From contig NW_002060947.1 of the NCBI RefSeq assembly GCF_000150275.1, positions 6,649,648 through 6,713,647 of the forward strand: a DNA stretch of 64,000 nucleotides. The letters run 5' to 3'. Source of the stretch: Trichoplax adhaerens. Its lineage: Eukaryota; Animalia; Placozoa. The notes under the pieces were generated by a model. It was not told the DNA's origin. It saw only the letters and a program-made list of their open reading frames with translations, and ran no database searches. Both the position numbers and the translations under genes were made by a program. Of the stretch, positions 24,958-38,651 are shown in pieces. Position 1 is the stretch's first letter. Each line of letters begins with the position of its first letter.

Positions 24958-27900
24958 ATGAGCAAGGTTAATAGAATTGATGTAAACCCCGTTGATTATT
25001 CATCGGATCAAGAAAACATGAAAAATTCTGATTCAACAGCTGTTTGCTATCGACCCTTTACACAAATTTTTAAAGGAAAGAATCAATCTACGTCGGAACC
25101 ACACAAAAAGAGAAAAAAGCAAACTCGAACCGCTGAGCTGATAGGCAATTCTCTTATCAGTTTAAGCTTGGCAGTGACTAAAGTCGGTCCAACAGATGTT
25201 TATCAAGTAAGTACAACTACGGAACTAAGAATAGTGTCAACATCATTAGGACATTTAAAATACAATGAAAATCAATTAAAGAACCGATTATAAATTCTTA
25301 ACAACAATTAACGACACAAGCTATTATAACAGTGTCGTAGGATATATTTTCTAACGTTGTCATAATGGATAATTACCACATTTTATAAGAGATTACTTCT
25401 CCCTTCTGATATCCTCCGCTCTTTAAAGTTATAAATTTATCAACTACGACTATAGTGTAGGGAACGTTTATGAATCTGTATAAGTAATTTTTGATATACT
25501 ACATTCCTGTAAAAGTATGAATAACACTTTAAGCGTATACGTTCTCTAATTACTGTTAAAATTTGCTAATGACAACCGATAGGATCAAGGATTCAAAACT
25601 AATCATCATGTTATTTATAAATTATAACATATCTTAACTGCATAGCCACATTAATTAAACATGGTATTTTAAGAGCGAATGACTCTATATCAAATTACAA
25701 ATCATACATCAACCATCATATTATATATGATAAAAGAGATTATTCCAGTTCTGAAATATTTGTATATCGTTATTGTAATACACTAGCTATAAGCAGGAAT
25801 TTCTCGATAATAAATGTCCTTCTCTCTCTCTCATTCTATTATTATCGAGAAGTCCCTGCGATAAGCACTGTAGTAATCAAATGATGATGGTATTTGACTA
25901 GAAATATCTACCATCGGTAATAGTCGTAGGAACAGAATCCATTTACTATATTGAAATTTCATCAAATTTCTTCAAAATGTCTAATAGCCCATTAGATGAA
26001 ACTGATGGTGACGATACATACAATTATTGCTCTTGATTTAAACGTTATAATCTAGATTTTTAATTAAATTATTTCGATCAAATAGAGAAAATAACCAATC
26101 GAGCTATCTAGTAGAGAAACAGTTACTGTAATGACGAAATATGATCATGATTACTACAATATTTATAGTAATGGATAGATCTCAAAAGGAGTCAAAGCTA
26201 ACTTAAAGTACAAAGGAAACTGAATAACACAGTGCCATCTAGCACCTTAAAAACGCGAATTGGCACTCAAAATGAATGATTCTATTTAACACTATGCAAT
26301 AGGCTGCAAAGAATGGATTAGTTGATGATTTGGAAAGAGGGTTGAAATCCCGATATCATCAAGACAGGATTAATTATCCGGATGAAAATGGATTAACGTT
26401 AATGCATATAGCAGCTATCCACAACCATGGCGATATTATCGACTGTTTAGTCATACATGGAGGAGGTAAACTATCACAAATAGCAGTACTAACTAAGGGC
26501 GATGAACAAAGAATTTTAAATATAGAATTAATTAGTATCTTGTTAAATTGTTAGCCTATATCACATCCAATATCATTTACTGTAATGCTGAAATTTCGAT
26601 CATAATTTTATACCTTCATTTGATATCTAATCTAGAAACAAATATTAAAATTGGTGATGGTGAAGAATCACCGCTTCATGTAGCTGCTAAACATAATTCC
26701 TGCGATGCTATACGTACTCTTATCCAAAATGATGCTAGTATTGACAGTGTCGACAGAAAAGGTCGTACTCCATTGCATATCTGCTGCAAGAATGGTTGTA
26801 ATGAAGCAATTGAGGTAAGCTTTTACCCTTAATCTTTAAGCTAAGATAAATAAGATGTCGTATTTATCCCTTAGTCAGGTCTTCTCCCTAATACTAAATT
26901 GCCGTCCTAACAGTTTTAGTTACTTTGCATTTTATATAGTGGTTGTTGCCCATTATTATTCCTACTCATTTTACATCTTTCAGGTTATCATGGGTGAATC
27001 TAATCCCAACTCAACCATTCCACATATAATAAACTGTCACGATAAAGAACGAACTGTGCCATTGCACTTGGCTGCAATATCATGCACAGTTCGATCGGTA
27101 GAATTATTGGTAAGTAGAATGGATTTAAAGTGATTCCAATTTGATTTTTCTAGCAAACCCTAACCTATTTCTTTAATGTAAAATTTCTAATTTTTGTAAT
27201 ACTAATGGAAAATACATTCATCAGCTACATCACGGAGCTAATATTTATAGAAAGGATATCGGAGGACATACTGCACTACATCTTGCAATTAAACGGAAGA
27301 GAACTGACATCATACAACTTCTATTGCGTTATGGTATGTTGATAGGCTTGTCAAAATTAAACTCTTAGGTAACGGCACGATAGACACGATTATTTCCATT
27401 ACTATAGCAATAAAATACGAAATATCGGCTGAATTTTATGTTTAGAAATGCAGTATTAGTCCATATATGTATACTCATATACATGTTAATTACTTATTAT
27501 TTGCTTTGATCATCTATAATTTAGTGTTTTGGTACATGGAGAAATAGATAAAGGCATCATTAACTATTATATCTTTAACATATGTGTTTATAGAAACTAA
27601 ATTACTTATCGTATAGCTTATCTATTGAAGAAAAGATTGCAATATTCGACTTTTATTCTATTTTGCGTCGAATTATATAAGTTACTATAATATATTAATC
27701 ATTACAGCCAAATCGAAGGGGAATAACGATTATGTTAGTATCGCTAACGAAATGGGGTTGACTGCTATTCACTTTGCAGTAGATTCTGGTTCGATTAAGG
27801 TAGTAAAAATTTTTATTCTAGGATCAAAGTATAATAGATTTAAAATACTATACATATTTGACATAATGTACCGTAATGTTAATTTATTCTATTCTTTTTC

Positions 27901-30900
27901 CTTCCTGCTTAAACTGTGGTGATTTAATATATACTTGATTTATATTATACTAGAATACAGAGCTATGTTTGCAATATGATGCCGATATTGAAAATCAATC
28001 GGTAAGTTTTTATATTTGCTTCTATCCTTTTAGTTTAATTAATTCATGGTTACAGTCTCAATAAATATTTGAAGCGAATTGGGTTTTAATGAGCTATTTT
28101 ACTTTAACTGCATTCTAATTTGAGTAACGATATTTTTAAAATTATGCAATTGAAGATATTTTCCATGTTTGCTATTAAACAGAATGATCTCTTGACACCC
28201 CTTCACGTGGCTGCATTAAATGGATTCTACGATATTGTAAATCAATTAATTAAACGAGGATCTAAAGTTAATACACCTGATTCCGCATCAAGAACAGGAT
28301 TACATTATGCCGCTATTAGCAATAATGTGAAAATAATGAAATTACTGCTAGATAACGTAAGATGTTCAATTTTGAATTTTAAAAGTATCTTACTCAAGCT
28401 GATCGATTATTAATTGGTCTACCAAGGACGCATATCTAGAAGCAATGGATGGTAGTTTGCAAACACCCCTTATGGTTGCAGTAAGTCATGACTGTAGCGA
28501 TGCTATAGCCTTTCTGTTGGAACAAAAGGCAGCTATTTCAGGTCAAGATATTCAAGGTAGAACCATCCTGCACATTGTTGCCGATAAAGGCACTTCAAAA
28601 TCGTTTAAACTTATCATGCAAGTAAGTAGATCTAAAATGAAATATCTACTTCGATTAATATCATTGCATTGCAGTGGCTTTAATTCTGTTATATTTTATC
28701 TAACTGTAAATTCGAATATTTAAGAACTCTCATCTCCTTCTAAATATTCAGTCTTTGAATGATATGCTGTAATCACAACAAGAACAATATTAATCTCATC
28801 CATTTAAGCATGTTTCGGATATTAAACTTGGAATATTTTAATTTTATTTTGTAATTAATTATTATATAACACTTTTAAGCGAAAATGGTTAATTCTTTGC
28901 ATCATGCAAGGCATAATTGTAGATTTTGATGGCAGATAATGATAATAATCTTAATTTACTTCGAACATAAACTGATTTTTATCCAACATAACTCGATAGC
29001 AATGACTGTAATTTTACATTTCAATTACCGTAATGGCTACTGAAAACGAAATAAAAATTCCTATCTTCGTAATTCAAACTTCTAATAAGAGATTGTAATA
29101 ACGATATAAATTTTCTTGGATACCATTTTTAAATTTTAGTCATTCTAACATTATTGCAATTGATTCGATTTATTTAAATACACCCGTGTACGTGTTACCT
29201 TTTGATAAAAATTAATCGTACTTATCGCAAATATCGAGTAATTTCATCCCATAACTGCTAGCTTTTAAGAGAAACAAACCGCGTCTGCCAGTCTAACTGT
29301 AGTCTTCTAGCATACCTATCACAGTAATAACATAAATCTTCTGTAATTTAAGTTTGTTTCATTTGCTGAATATGTAATTTCACCTAAAATGTATTTTTAC
29401 CCTAGCAAATGGCTTGTAGAATCACCTGTTTACTCGTTTGAATACATACACGATACGATTGTAACAATTAGCGAATATTCATAATACCATGCAGTGTATT
29501 AGCATTTTATCAGAGGAGATATTGTGTAGATATTTTAGTAACAAGATTTTGCATCTATTTCTTGCCAGAACGGTGGTATAGAGCTCCTCAATGTTCCTGA
29601 CAATGGTGGTTTAACTCCACTCTTGCTTGCTGCAGAATCAGGAGCCCTTACAGTTAGTATTAATAGACATCGATCGATACTATATCAAGTTTGAGACCGT
29701 ATTATGTCTTATAAATATAGTAATTTTATAGCTAGTTAGGCTCATTTATGTTTTAATATTTTGAAATACATCCTAGATACTTTATCAAATTTTAACCATG
29801 TATGGCGATCAAATCAAAGTTCACGAAGATAGTAATGGCAATAATATCTATCATTTGGCGGCTAAAAATAATCATCGTGATACCATTAAAGCTCTCACTG
29901 TCGAGGGTGAATCGTTTGCAAATGTTAATGCTCGAAATATCTTAGGACAGCGAGCAGTTCATCTTGCCGCTGTTAATGGAAATAATCGTGTCATTATAAT
30001 GCTAACTAAACGAGGAGCAGATATTAACTGTAGGTAAGTACTTTAAAGGATGCTCTGATGCTACTGGAATCAAAAAAGGATTACATTAAATTTTGTCCGA
30101 GTATCGTACTGTATAGAATATGTAGATTTAAAGTATTTTAAATCATAAACATTAATACATGTTTGACTCCTATTGGAAATGTTTTAAAGGGATAACCGCG
30201 GTTTTCATCCAATTCATTACGCTGCTAAGTATGGCTATTCAGCGACTGTCAAGTTGTTACTATCGCTCGATGACAAAGTGGATATTTATAATGATGCAAA
30301 AGTAAGTTAAGTATCTTTTGGACAATGAAGATTAAGTCTTTGGAATTGACAAGCTACCACTATTTGCCAGAATCTAATTCAAATCCATTCCTTTCTAAAA
30401 AGAGTTTCCTATTATGTAATTACCTACCTAAGCACTGTATTGCGACTTTATTATCACGGTTTAGAACAGATAAGAATTTATTTTCAACATTAATATTAAG
30501 CCTAAAAATTCAATTCTAGCAGGAATTTTGATTAGACCAATGTCAAGTTTAAGGAATTTTAAGGTGTCTACTTCGCCGAATTAGCTGAAAGCAGCAGTAC
30601 ACTTCTGTCCTTTGTTAGTACTCCAGTAAATGTTAGAATATTAGATTTAGTACGTTGTTATACTGACATAAGTACAGTACATTAGAAAGGATATGAACAT
30701 CTGTATTTCTAACTTTTAACAGTTAGTAATTCAAAGATAACTTAAATTGATCATAGGGTTAAATATTAGTTATGGATTTATTCAAACCGTACTTGATAGT
30801 TTACTTTCATTTCTAATTCTACTAGAAAATTTTATGACAATTTTTATGGCCTAATAATCTTTATGATATAAAACCTATTTTATTCTAACAATCAGCAGCA

Positions 30901-33900
30901 AATAACGCTCATATCCTCGTGAAGATAATCCCACCAACTTGCCATTAAATCTCCGAGCATATCATTATTCTTTCTCGCTCTTAATAGTGTAATAATAAAT
31001 ACTTATATAGACATAACCAATAAATTACAAATGATTACAGTAATTATTGGTTATTAAATTTAGTTTAATAATCTCGACTCCCGCTATACTATCTATTTTA
31101 CGTAACTAACATCCGGTACTTTCAAAATAAAATAGAAAACCCCACTACTCATTGCTTGCGAGATGGGGTTTAGTGAAGTGGTTCAGATCTTACTAGATCA
31201 TGGTGCTGATCCAACTTTACTGAACGACAAAGGGCAAAATTGTCTAGATATAGCTTGCGAATACCGAAGCGAGGACATTGGCCTAAAAATTATTAAAACT
31301 AAATTGTAAGTCAAACAGTAAAACTGCTTACTTAGGACATGTTGCGTACTGATTCAATAATGTAACACTCAGCATACTTGGGTAATATGCAAATCTGTAG
31401 CGTCAATATAATTTTCATTTACATTTGCTTAAATTTTTGGATCATGTGCTACTAATTAATCAATGATTACGAGTCTAAGGATACTTTAAATATAAGTGTT
31501 TTGCTGCTTAATATAACCATTTTTCGTACAGTCACTAAATGCAATTTAAATAAGCACCATAAAGGAATTATCAATGTAGCTCACTAATTTGAGCCTATTT
31601 CTATCCATACAGTTGGCAAAGAGTGATGGAAAATAGAGCCTATGATGGCTATAACCCTATGAAAAGGCTAATTGAAAGATTACCTAAAGTGGCTGAGGTA
31701 GCTAGGAACAATTATGCTCGAATAAGTAATCGCCATGATAAAATCGAAATTTCAGCTATTATAAATCATAATCAAATTGAAATAGGACTACTTCAAGAGT
31801 AACCATAAAGCATTACAATCATCATGTGAATATAAATCTTAAATCCAATAATATCTAGTACTAACTACTTTTGCTAGGCTGTCATGGATAAATCTTTTAC
31901 TTTTACGAAGAGTAAATACGGAAGAGAAGAATGGAAACAGGTAAGGAAATGTCGCATCGATACAGTATACACACATTCTGGACAGGTAGAAGAAAGAAAA
32001 TAATGCGGACATACCTCAATATGTGCTTCATCGCACCTATTAAATATAAACAGTTCGGATAAAGCGATATTTTATTCTAATAAAAATAATAGCTAAAATA
32101 TCTAACTTATGTCGACCAGGTTAATTTTGACCTCAAATTTATCGAATCACCACCTGAAGATGTCCATTTACAAGATGTTCATGATAAATATATAGCAGTT
32201 AATGTAAGTAAACTAGGGTTAAAGATTATCTAGAATTAATTTCTGAAACTTTAGCACCCTAATCTGCTCGGTATTTATGTAATTGCGAAAATTTGAAATC
32301 TGCTTAGAGTATTAGCCAATATAAAAGGACACGATTAATGAAACATCCTTTAATAAAGGCGTTTATATTCTGGAAATGGTACGCAAACACTTTAAAACTT
32401 TCTTTTAAAGTTGAGTTAAAATTAGTTTGCTTCGAATTTTTATAAAGCATGGAAGACTAGTTTTTAGTAAATATCATCGTAAGCTAGACATTAAAGTAAC
32501 GTTAGATAATTATAATCGATCGTTTGATTTCTATGGATCTATAACCCATGAACTGACCGAAACGGAATGGCATAGCATTAATCTGTAAACTTTTATTGCT
32601 ATCTTTTTAGGAAATCTGTATTAAATTATTTGTATTTCCTGAAAATATTTACCGACATAATTTATTTATTTGGCTTATCTATCCCAATTGGTTTAAATGC
32701 TATAGAATTTCTTAACGCAACGTCTTATAATGGTTCTACAAATAGATATGATATGATTGTAAGAGATTATAATTGTATTTAATAGCATTAGTAAATTTCT
32801 GATATTAGTAAGCTTGATAAATATAGAGAAAATTAGCGGTATACTTTACGAACTTTACTCCAGTAAGTCGTTGCTTACAGTTAGCAAGTATAAACCGATA
32901 GAGTATTTAGTGCAGTAGAGCGGTTATTTATCACACTCATGTATATTAACAAAATAGAGTTAAAATATTAGCAGAATTACTTCACGGAATAATGTACAAA
33001 TTTGACTGGAGTTAACTTTACAGTTGATCTCGTAGGCAAATGGCATAGTTAATATGGTTAACAGGTATTTGATAGACTGTTTCTTGAATATTAACGCAAT
33101 ATATACAGGTAGTTTACTAGTCTTTAATTTTAAGATTCGTACCCTCTGTTTTAAACTCTATTCTTCTTTTTGGCTTTAGCAACTTCCTGGATCTTTTGGT
33201 AGAAATTTAGCTGTATTTATAACCGTTACAGCGATGCTGACATCACTTCTTTATTACCTTTTTGCTGGAGTAAGTTGATGCAACATGAATGATAAATTTT
33301 AGATGATATCTAGTGTCTGCTATTAATAAAGTGCAACCTATTAAAGGAACTATTCAAGCTTTGCTACTATACAAACATACGTGCTTTGAACTGATATTAC
33401 ATAAAATTCACTCAGCCAGCAATATCTAGGCTATAAAAATTAAGAACTTCAGCTAGAATTTTTACTTCCTGGTTAAATAACTTCAATCTAATTTTATTAT
33501 TGATAATATCATAACACTCCATCAGACATTCAATCAGCTTTAATTTATACTAATTTAAGAAATAGCTACTTGCTTGACTTGTAGTTAATCAATCCAGAAT
33601 AGTATTATTTTAAGTTTTTCCCTTTTTAAATTATAACAGAAAAGAGTCTTTCTAGATTTAATGAAGCAGAACCTTTTTGAAGTTCTTATTGCCGCTGTGG
33701 GTTATGTTTACTGCTTGCCGTTCAATAAGCCAATCGATTATTCTGTAATACGTGTTGGCGCTATTCTGGTGTTTTTACTTTTTGTAAACATTATCCTTGT
33801 TCTACGCAAGTAAATTAATCGTTTTAAAATAATGTCGATGATTAATTTTATTTTAGTTCTAATAATAGTGGGAATGAAAGAACGCCAGATTGAAAATTTA

Positions 33901-35460
33901 AAGCATAATCCTAGAAATAGCCTTGCATAATATAAGAAACAAGTTTAGGAAACTTAAACCTGCTAGAAAATTTCTTATGACCGAATTTTTCTTCTCATTG
34001 ATTTTAGTTTATACGGCATTGGGCTGTATATTGCCATGTTCCTCAATATCATAAAAACAATCTTTATGACTTCCTTCGTGTTCATGTTATTCGTTGTTGC
34101 CTTTGCCCTTTCATTCACCATGATCCTAAACGATTTGGTAATTTCGAAATCGACAGCATAATACGATAAAGGCGATATTGAATTTCAAATTGACTGCGGA
34201 ACTTCTAATAATTTATCTTTGAAAGAGCTCTTATCTTAGTGTAATATTCAGAAATTGCTTTCATATTTGCTTCTATAGCCATTTTTTAGTAGCCTTGATT
34301 ATTCGGTTGTCACGGTTATGACGATGATGGTAGGAGAATTAGGCTATTACGAGGCTTTTGAAAGATTAAAAAGTACAGGGCGATTGCAGGGTTTCAAGAT
34401 TGAGTTACTACTATTTGTTGCCATGATCATCGTTATTAATATAGCGTTCGCCAACTTATTGGTTAGTATTTTTCCTTAAGAAATTTTATGATTTTATTGT
34501 AACCAGAAATTATGGTCTAGAACTATGTTATAACAGATTGCATTAGTTTCTGATATTTATGTGTTGAAATACGGTAAATAGTCAATATCCGAATACAAAT
34601 GGCGATTTTTAAGTGCAGTTAAAGAAGCTAAACTCTTTTTCATTGTGGCATAATTTTTTGATTTTAAGGTGGGTTTAGCTGTGGGTGATATCCATGAAGT
34701 TAGAGAAAGTGCAAATTTAGACCAATTAGATGGTCAATTACAAGTTATTATCGGGTCTTATGAAGCCTTTCCATTATTTCTGAAAAAAAAAATGTACAAG
34801 TCCACACTTATATTTAGGATAGACCAGAATACTGGCCTATTTAAAAGGGTTAGTCAACTTTGTAATTTAATATTCTTAATATTTCTTGCGTGATTAAAAT
34901 AATAATATATAAAGGAAACAGCTATAGCTAAAAATACTTTGTAAAGTCAAATTTGAATTGCAAATAAAGTGTTACCTAATTTATACATTTGTATATGTCA
35001 TATCTATAACGAGACTAGATCACTTCATATGGATTAAAAATAATCATTACAATTTTTATTTAACATGTAGCGGCAATGGAATTTCCTCACCGCTTACATT
35101 AAGCCAGTTAAAGAGGATAGTGGAGACACTTGTCAAGAATCGGAACTTACAGAGCTGAAAAATCGTGTAGCTGCGCAGGAAATTGAGTGAGTTTAGATTA
35201 TCTTATAGATTATTAATTTAGTAATTTCTAACAAGATTTTGACGACACAAAGTATTAAAAGGGAAAAGTGAACTTAGAATTTACAGAGTCTGATAACATA
35301 TATTGCCTGGTTTATCTTCAGAATGATCAGAATGAAAGAGCTATTAGAGGATGTGAAATCCGACGTCAACTTTCAGGGTACCGTTGCCAGATTTGAAAAT
35401 AAAGAAATTATGGAGCAACTACAAAAAATTTCTAAATTGCAGAATCAAAATATTACATAG
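24958..35460 (+). CDS. TRPA-family ankyrin-repeat cation channel, tandem copy 1 (25 exons, ~1,140 aa)
   Basis: About 16-17 ankyrin repeats (e.g. ESPLHVAA, LTPLHVAALNG, KTPLLIACEMG). Linker YNPMKRLIERLPKVAEAVMDKS; pre-S1 LMKHPLIKAFIFWKW; six TM segments; pore TMMVGELGY; S6 FANLLVGLAVGDI (TRPA hallmark NLLIGLAVGDI); C-terminal coiled coil; stop TAG 35458-35460. Confidence 0.92.
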
Positions 35461-35652
35461 ATCTTACATGTTGATTCGGTCATATATTCTTAATGTAAAT
35501 AAGTTTAATTTGCAGAAATTTTAGCGTAAAACTACCGTAACCTATCCTTTGATGCCATAGCAATGAGATAATAATTAATATTAATACAGATATGCCAAGA
35601 ATATTTCTATTTAATTTCCGACATAGATTTTGTACTGTTATTCATTTAAAAA

Positions 35653-35768
35653 AGATTACTTTTCTAAAGACAAAATCCACTTGCGTCATCTAGAGATTAC
35701 TTTTCCAAAGACAAAATCTGCCTAAGCTACTTAGAAGGTTACTTTTATTCTAAAGATAAAATCTACCT
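35653..35768. repeat. 3 x ~42-bp tandem repeat downstream of TRPA copy 1
   Basis: gattacttttctaaagacaaaatc repeated at ~35654, ~35695 and ~35738. Confidence 0.75.
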
Positions 35769-37349
35769 AGGTGACTGCTACATTGCAGTATAGTTTAACA
35801 GCTATCGAGCCACTGTAGTTACTAGTATTTCTAACTTAACTTGATTTATTTCTCTTCCCTACCTATACAATTTACGAGGCCCAGTATTAGGTTGCTGATA
35901 ATGCAAAAATAAAATAGTGGCTAAGAAACGACCGATAATTTAATCTTATAGTATTTGGAAATGGAATTATCTCACGTCGTTGGTATGAGTAGCTCATAGT
36001 ATTTTAATTAATGCAAGTTGGCGTACAAGTAAATCATTCGATTAAAGGCTTTTCATCTCTACTTAACTTGCAAATATGATTAAAGATCCAAGAACTACAG
36101 AAAAAATATATCGATATAACTTTGTATGACACACTATGATTCAGAATTGTTTTACCGCTGGCCAATACGTAAATATAGCATATTAATTTTTGCCATATCT
36201 CAGTACAAACGGTTAGATAAAAATAAAGCCTTTTGCTGGAGATCCAATTATACAAAATAAACCATTAATATATTACTGCTCGAAATTTTTCACCAACAAA
36301 CCATTTCAACCGTGCTCTAGATTCTTCCTTTTCTACTCCAATAACTATATATATCTTCACCTATAAGAATTTTTAGAAAACTAAATAGAGTTTGCCTAAA
36401 TATTCCATTCGAGAAAGTTTGAGTTATTAATTAAGCACGAGTAAATCTTAATGATTGCTAGAAACTAAGTTAATAAACTTTAAAGTTAATGATTCCTTAC
36501 TTGTACGTTTATATATATATTATAGCTTAAAAGTATTTTTCTAAAAATTCTATATAGTTCGCTCAAACAGTCAATTCAAGCTAGTCTGAGTTATTAATAT
36601 GGTGCAAGTAAACCGTAATGATTGTTGTTCCACTTATAATTAATTGTCTTTCACCAACTATATCAGATCTACTAGAGTAATGCTCATAGGCAGGTTACAG
36701 AAATTGCTACAGCAAATTTGTGAACTTCTATACTTTAAATTTGCATAATTTTATTTTCAATAGCTATTAAAAATGGATTTGCACATCATTGATGAACAAT
36801 TAAAAAATAATTATGACATCAATTAGCAGTTAATGGAGTCATAATCATTACAAAAATTAAATTACTAGTCTGGTATGATTATTTCGTTTCCTTTATTAAT
36901 CGTCAAAATTGTATTTGGATCTGATGCTGGGCAATTATTTTAAATCGTTTTAGTCAGTACTAGTAAGTAGTCCACGTATCTCTATACTATAAGGCTTGAG
37001 AATTGCTTGCCAATTTTATCAAGATTTATCGGATCCATATTTACTTACAGGTCACTAAAATCACTGGAACAAAGTCAAGAATTCCTATACAGCAACTCGT
37101 TGCTCATCGTTCTCATTTCATTAGACATATCTCTTTCTATTTGTAGCACATTGTGACGGAGTAATTAGCTGTAGAGTTGACGATTGACCGAGTAGTGTAC
37201 GCGTGTAGTTAGAGTAGCCTTGGATGTCAAGACTACCTTGGTTTAATAAACTATTTTAAAAGACCCAGGTTTCCTTGTCGTGGGCTGATCACGACACACA
37301 TATAAACTAAGACAATCTGCAAATAGTTTTTATAAACTTCTATTATATT

Positions 37350-37695
37350 TCTTGCTATTCAGAACAAATTTATGTGACAAACTATGATGAATCCAAAAGT
37401 GTATTTATGATAGCGGTTACATGCTAATTAATGCAATATGCCACAGTTCATTTAGTAAGTCTTGGGCGTATTCTATGCGTCGTAAATTTTGCATTATTCT
37501 TGTCGATAATGATTTCTTATTTATTAGCCATCTCCCTTTCTATTTCTAGTATACACAAACACTGACAAGCTGCAAATGGTATTTATAAATTTTTGAGCTA
37601 TTGCTTGCTATTCAGAACGAGTTGATGATATAAACCACGACGAATGAATAAACATATTCATGATGACGATAACATGATAATTTATGCAATATGCT
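37350..37695. repeat. Diverged ~90-bp direct repeat pair
   Basis: cttgctattcagaac...acatg.taatt.atgcaatatgc at ~37351 and ~37604. Confidence 0.6.
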
Positions 37696-38290
37696 GATGT
37701 CACAAACCAGCTTCGTGACAAGGATAACGTAAAACAAATCTCTAAATTACTATAGTCTCCGGGATTCAGTATCCATACTCACAAGAATTTAGACGCCTTT
37801 GATTCTACGTTAAACTCAACTAGACAATTGAGAACTGCTTTATTCAACTATCTGACGGGCTTATATACACTTCTACAGCAGCTAACATTCACAAGTCATC
37901 TTATAAAAATACTTAGGTGAGATAACTAGTTTTTCACAGTCGGACTACAATATGTCCATTCACAGAATCAGTGCACATTACAGCACAGCATTAAATTTAC
38001 TGTAACACATTTATAATTAGAGTAATTCCTATAGTAAGTAACTAGTTGTAATATAATATCACTATATTATATTAACCAAATTTAGATAGCTATTTCTTCA
38101 CGGTAGTTCGTACCGTGACAGCTGAAGTTTATTCGGTACGTCTTGGGCGCGTTATGTTCGTCATAAACTTTACATTATTCTTTGCTGAATACACTCTGCA
38201 GGCGTTAATTGTTCTTGATATAAAGAAATTCAATTTCATCCTTGAAGAAATGTTCAAAAAGTGAAGATTTCTGTCAGACAATATGACATG

Positions 38291-38403
38291 GTATCCATAG
38301 CAACCATTGAACTTATTCATCGAGTGATTAGCTCTTTCTTTTCAAATTTAGCCGGAAATAGTTGTTAATCAGTTGCGATTCAATGGAGTAAATGGAGTAA
38401 ATA
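38291..38403 (+). promoter_or_regulatory. RFX X-box (GTATCCATAGCAAC) plus forkhead site (GTAAATA) upstream of TRPA copy 2
   Basis: 38291-38304 matches GTHNYYATRRNAAC exactly; GTAAATA at 38397-38403. The homologous block is conserved upstream of copy 3. Confidence 0.65.
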
Positions 38404-38651
38404 GTCAGATGTTGTTTAGAATAGTTTTAAAATAATGTATCATATCTGATGGCAATAGAATTAATAATGACTATTAACTTAATGATAGGATAGGCCAGTT
38501 ATTTTTTATCCTATTTTTAGTTATAGTATCACTTAATTGTACAGACTTGGATCTATCCGTCACTCAAGTCTAGAAAGCTTCCTTGTTCATCATCAATCAA
38601 GTTACTAGTGGATTTATGCTTAGGCTGTAATAGAAATTTTCATTTATTATA

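Noticed and set aside
35551-35564. X-box-like GATGCCATAGCAAT
   Set aside because: Two consensus mismatches, located in the 3' region of copy 1 and 3 kb from the next start; likely chance.
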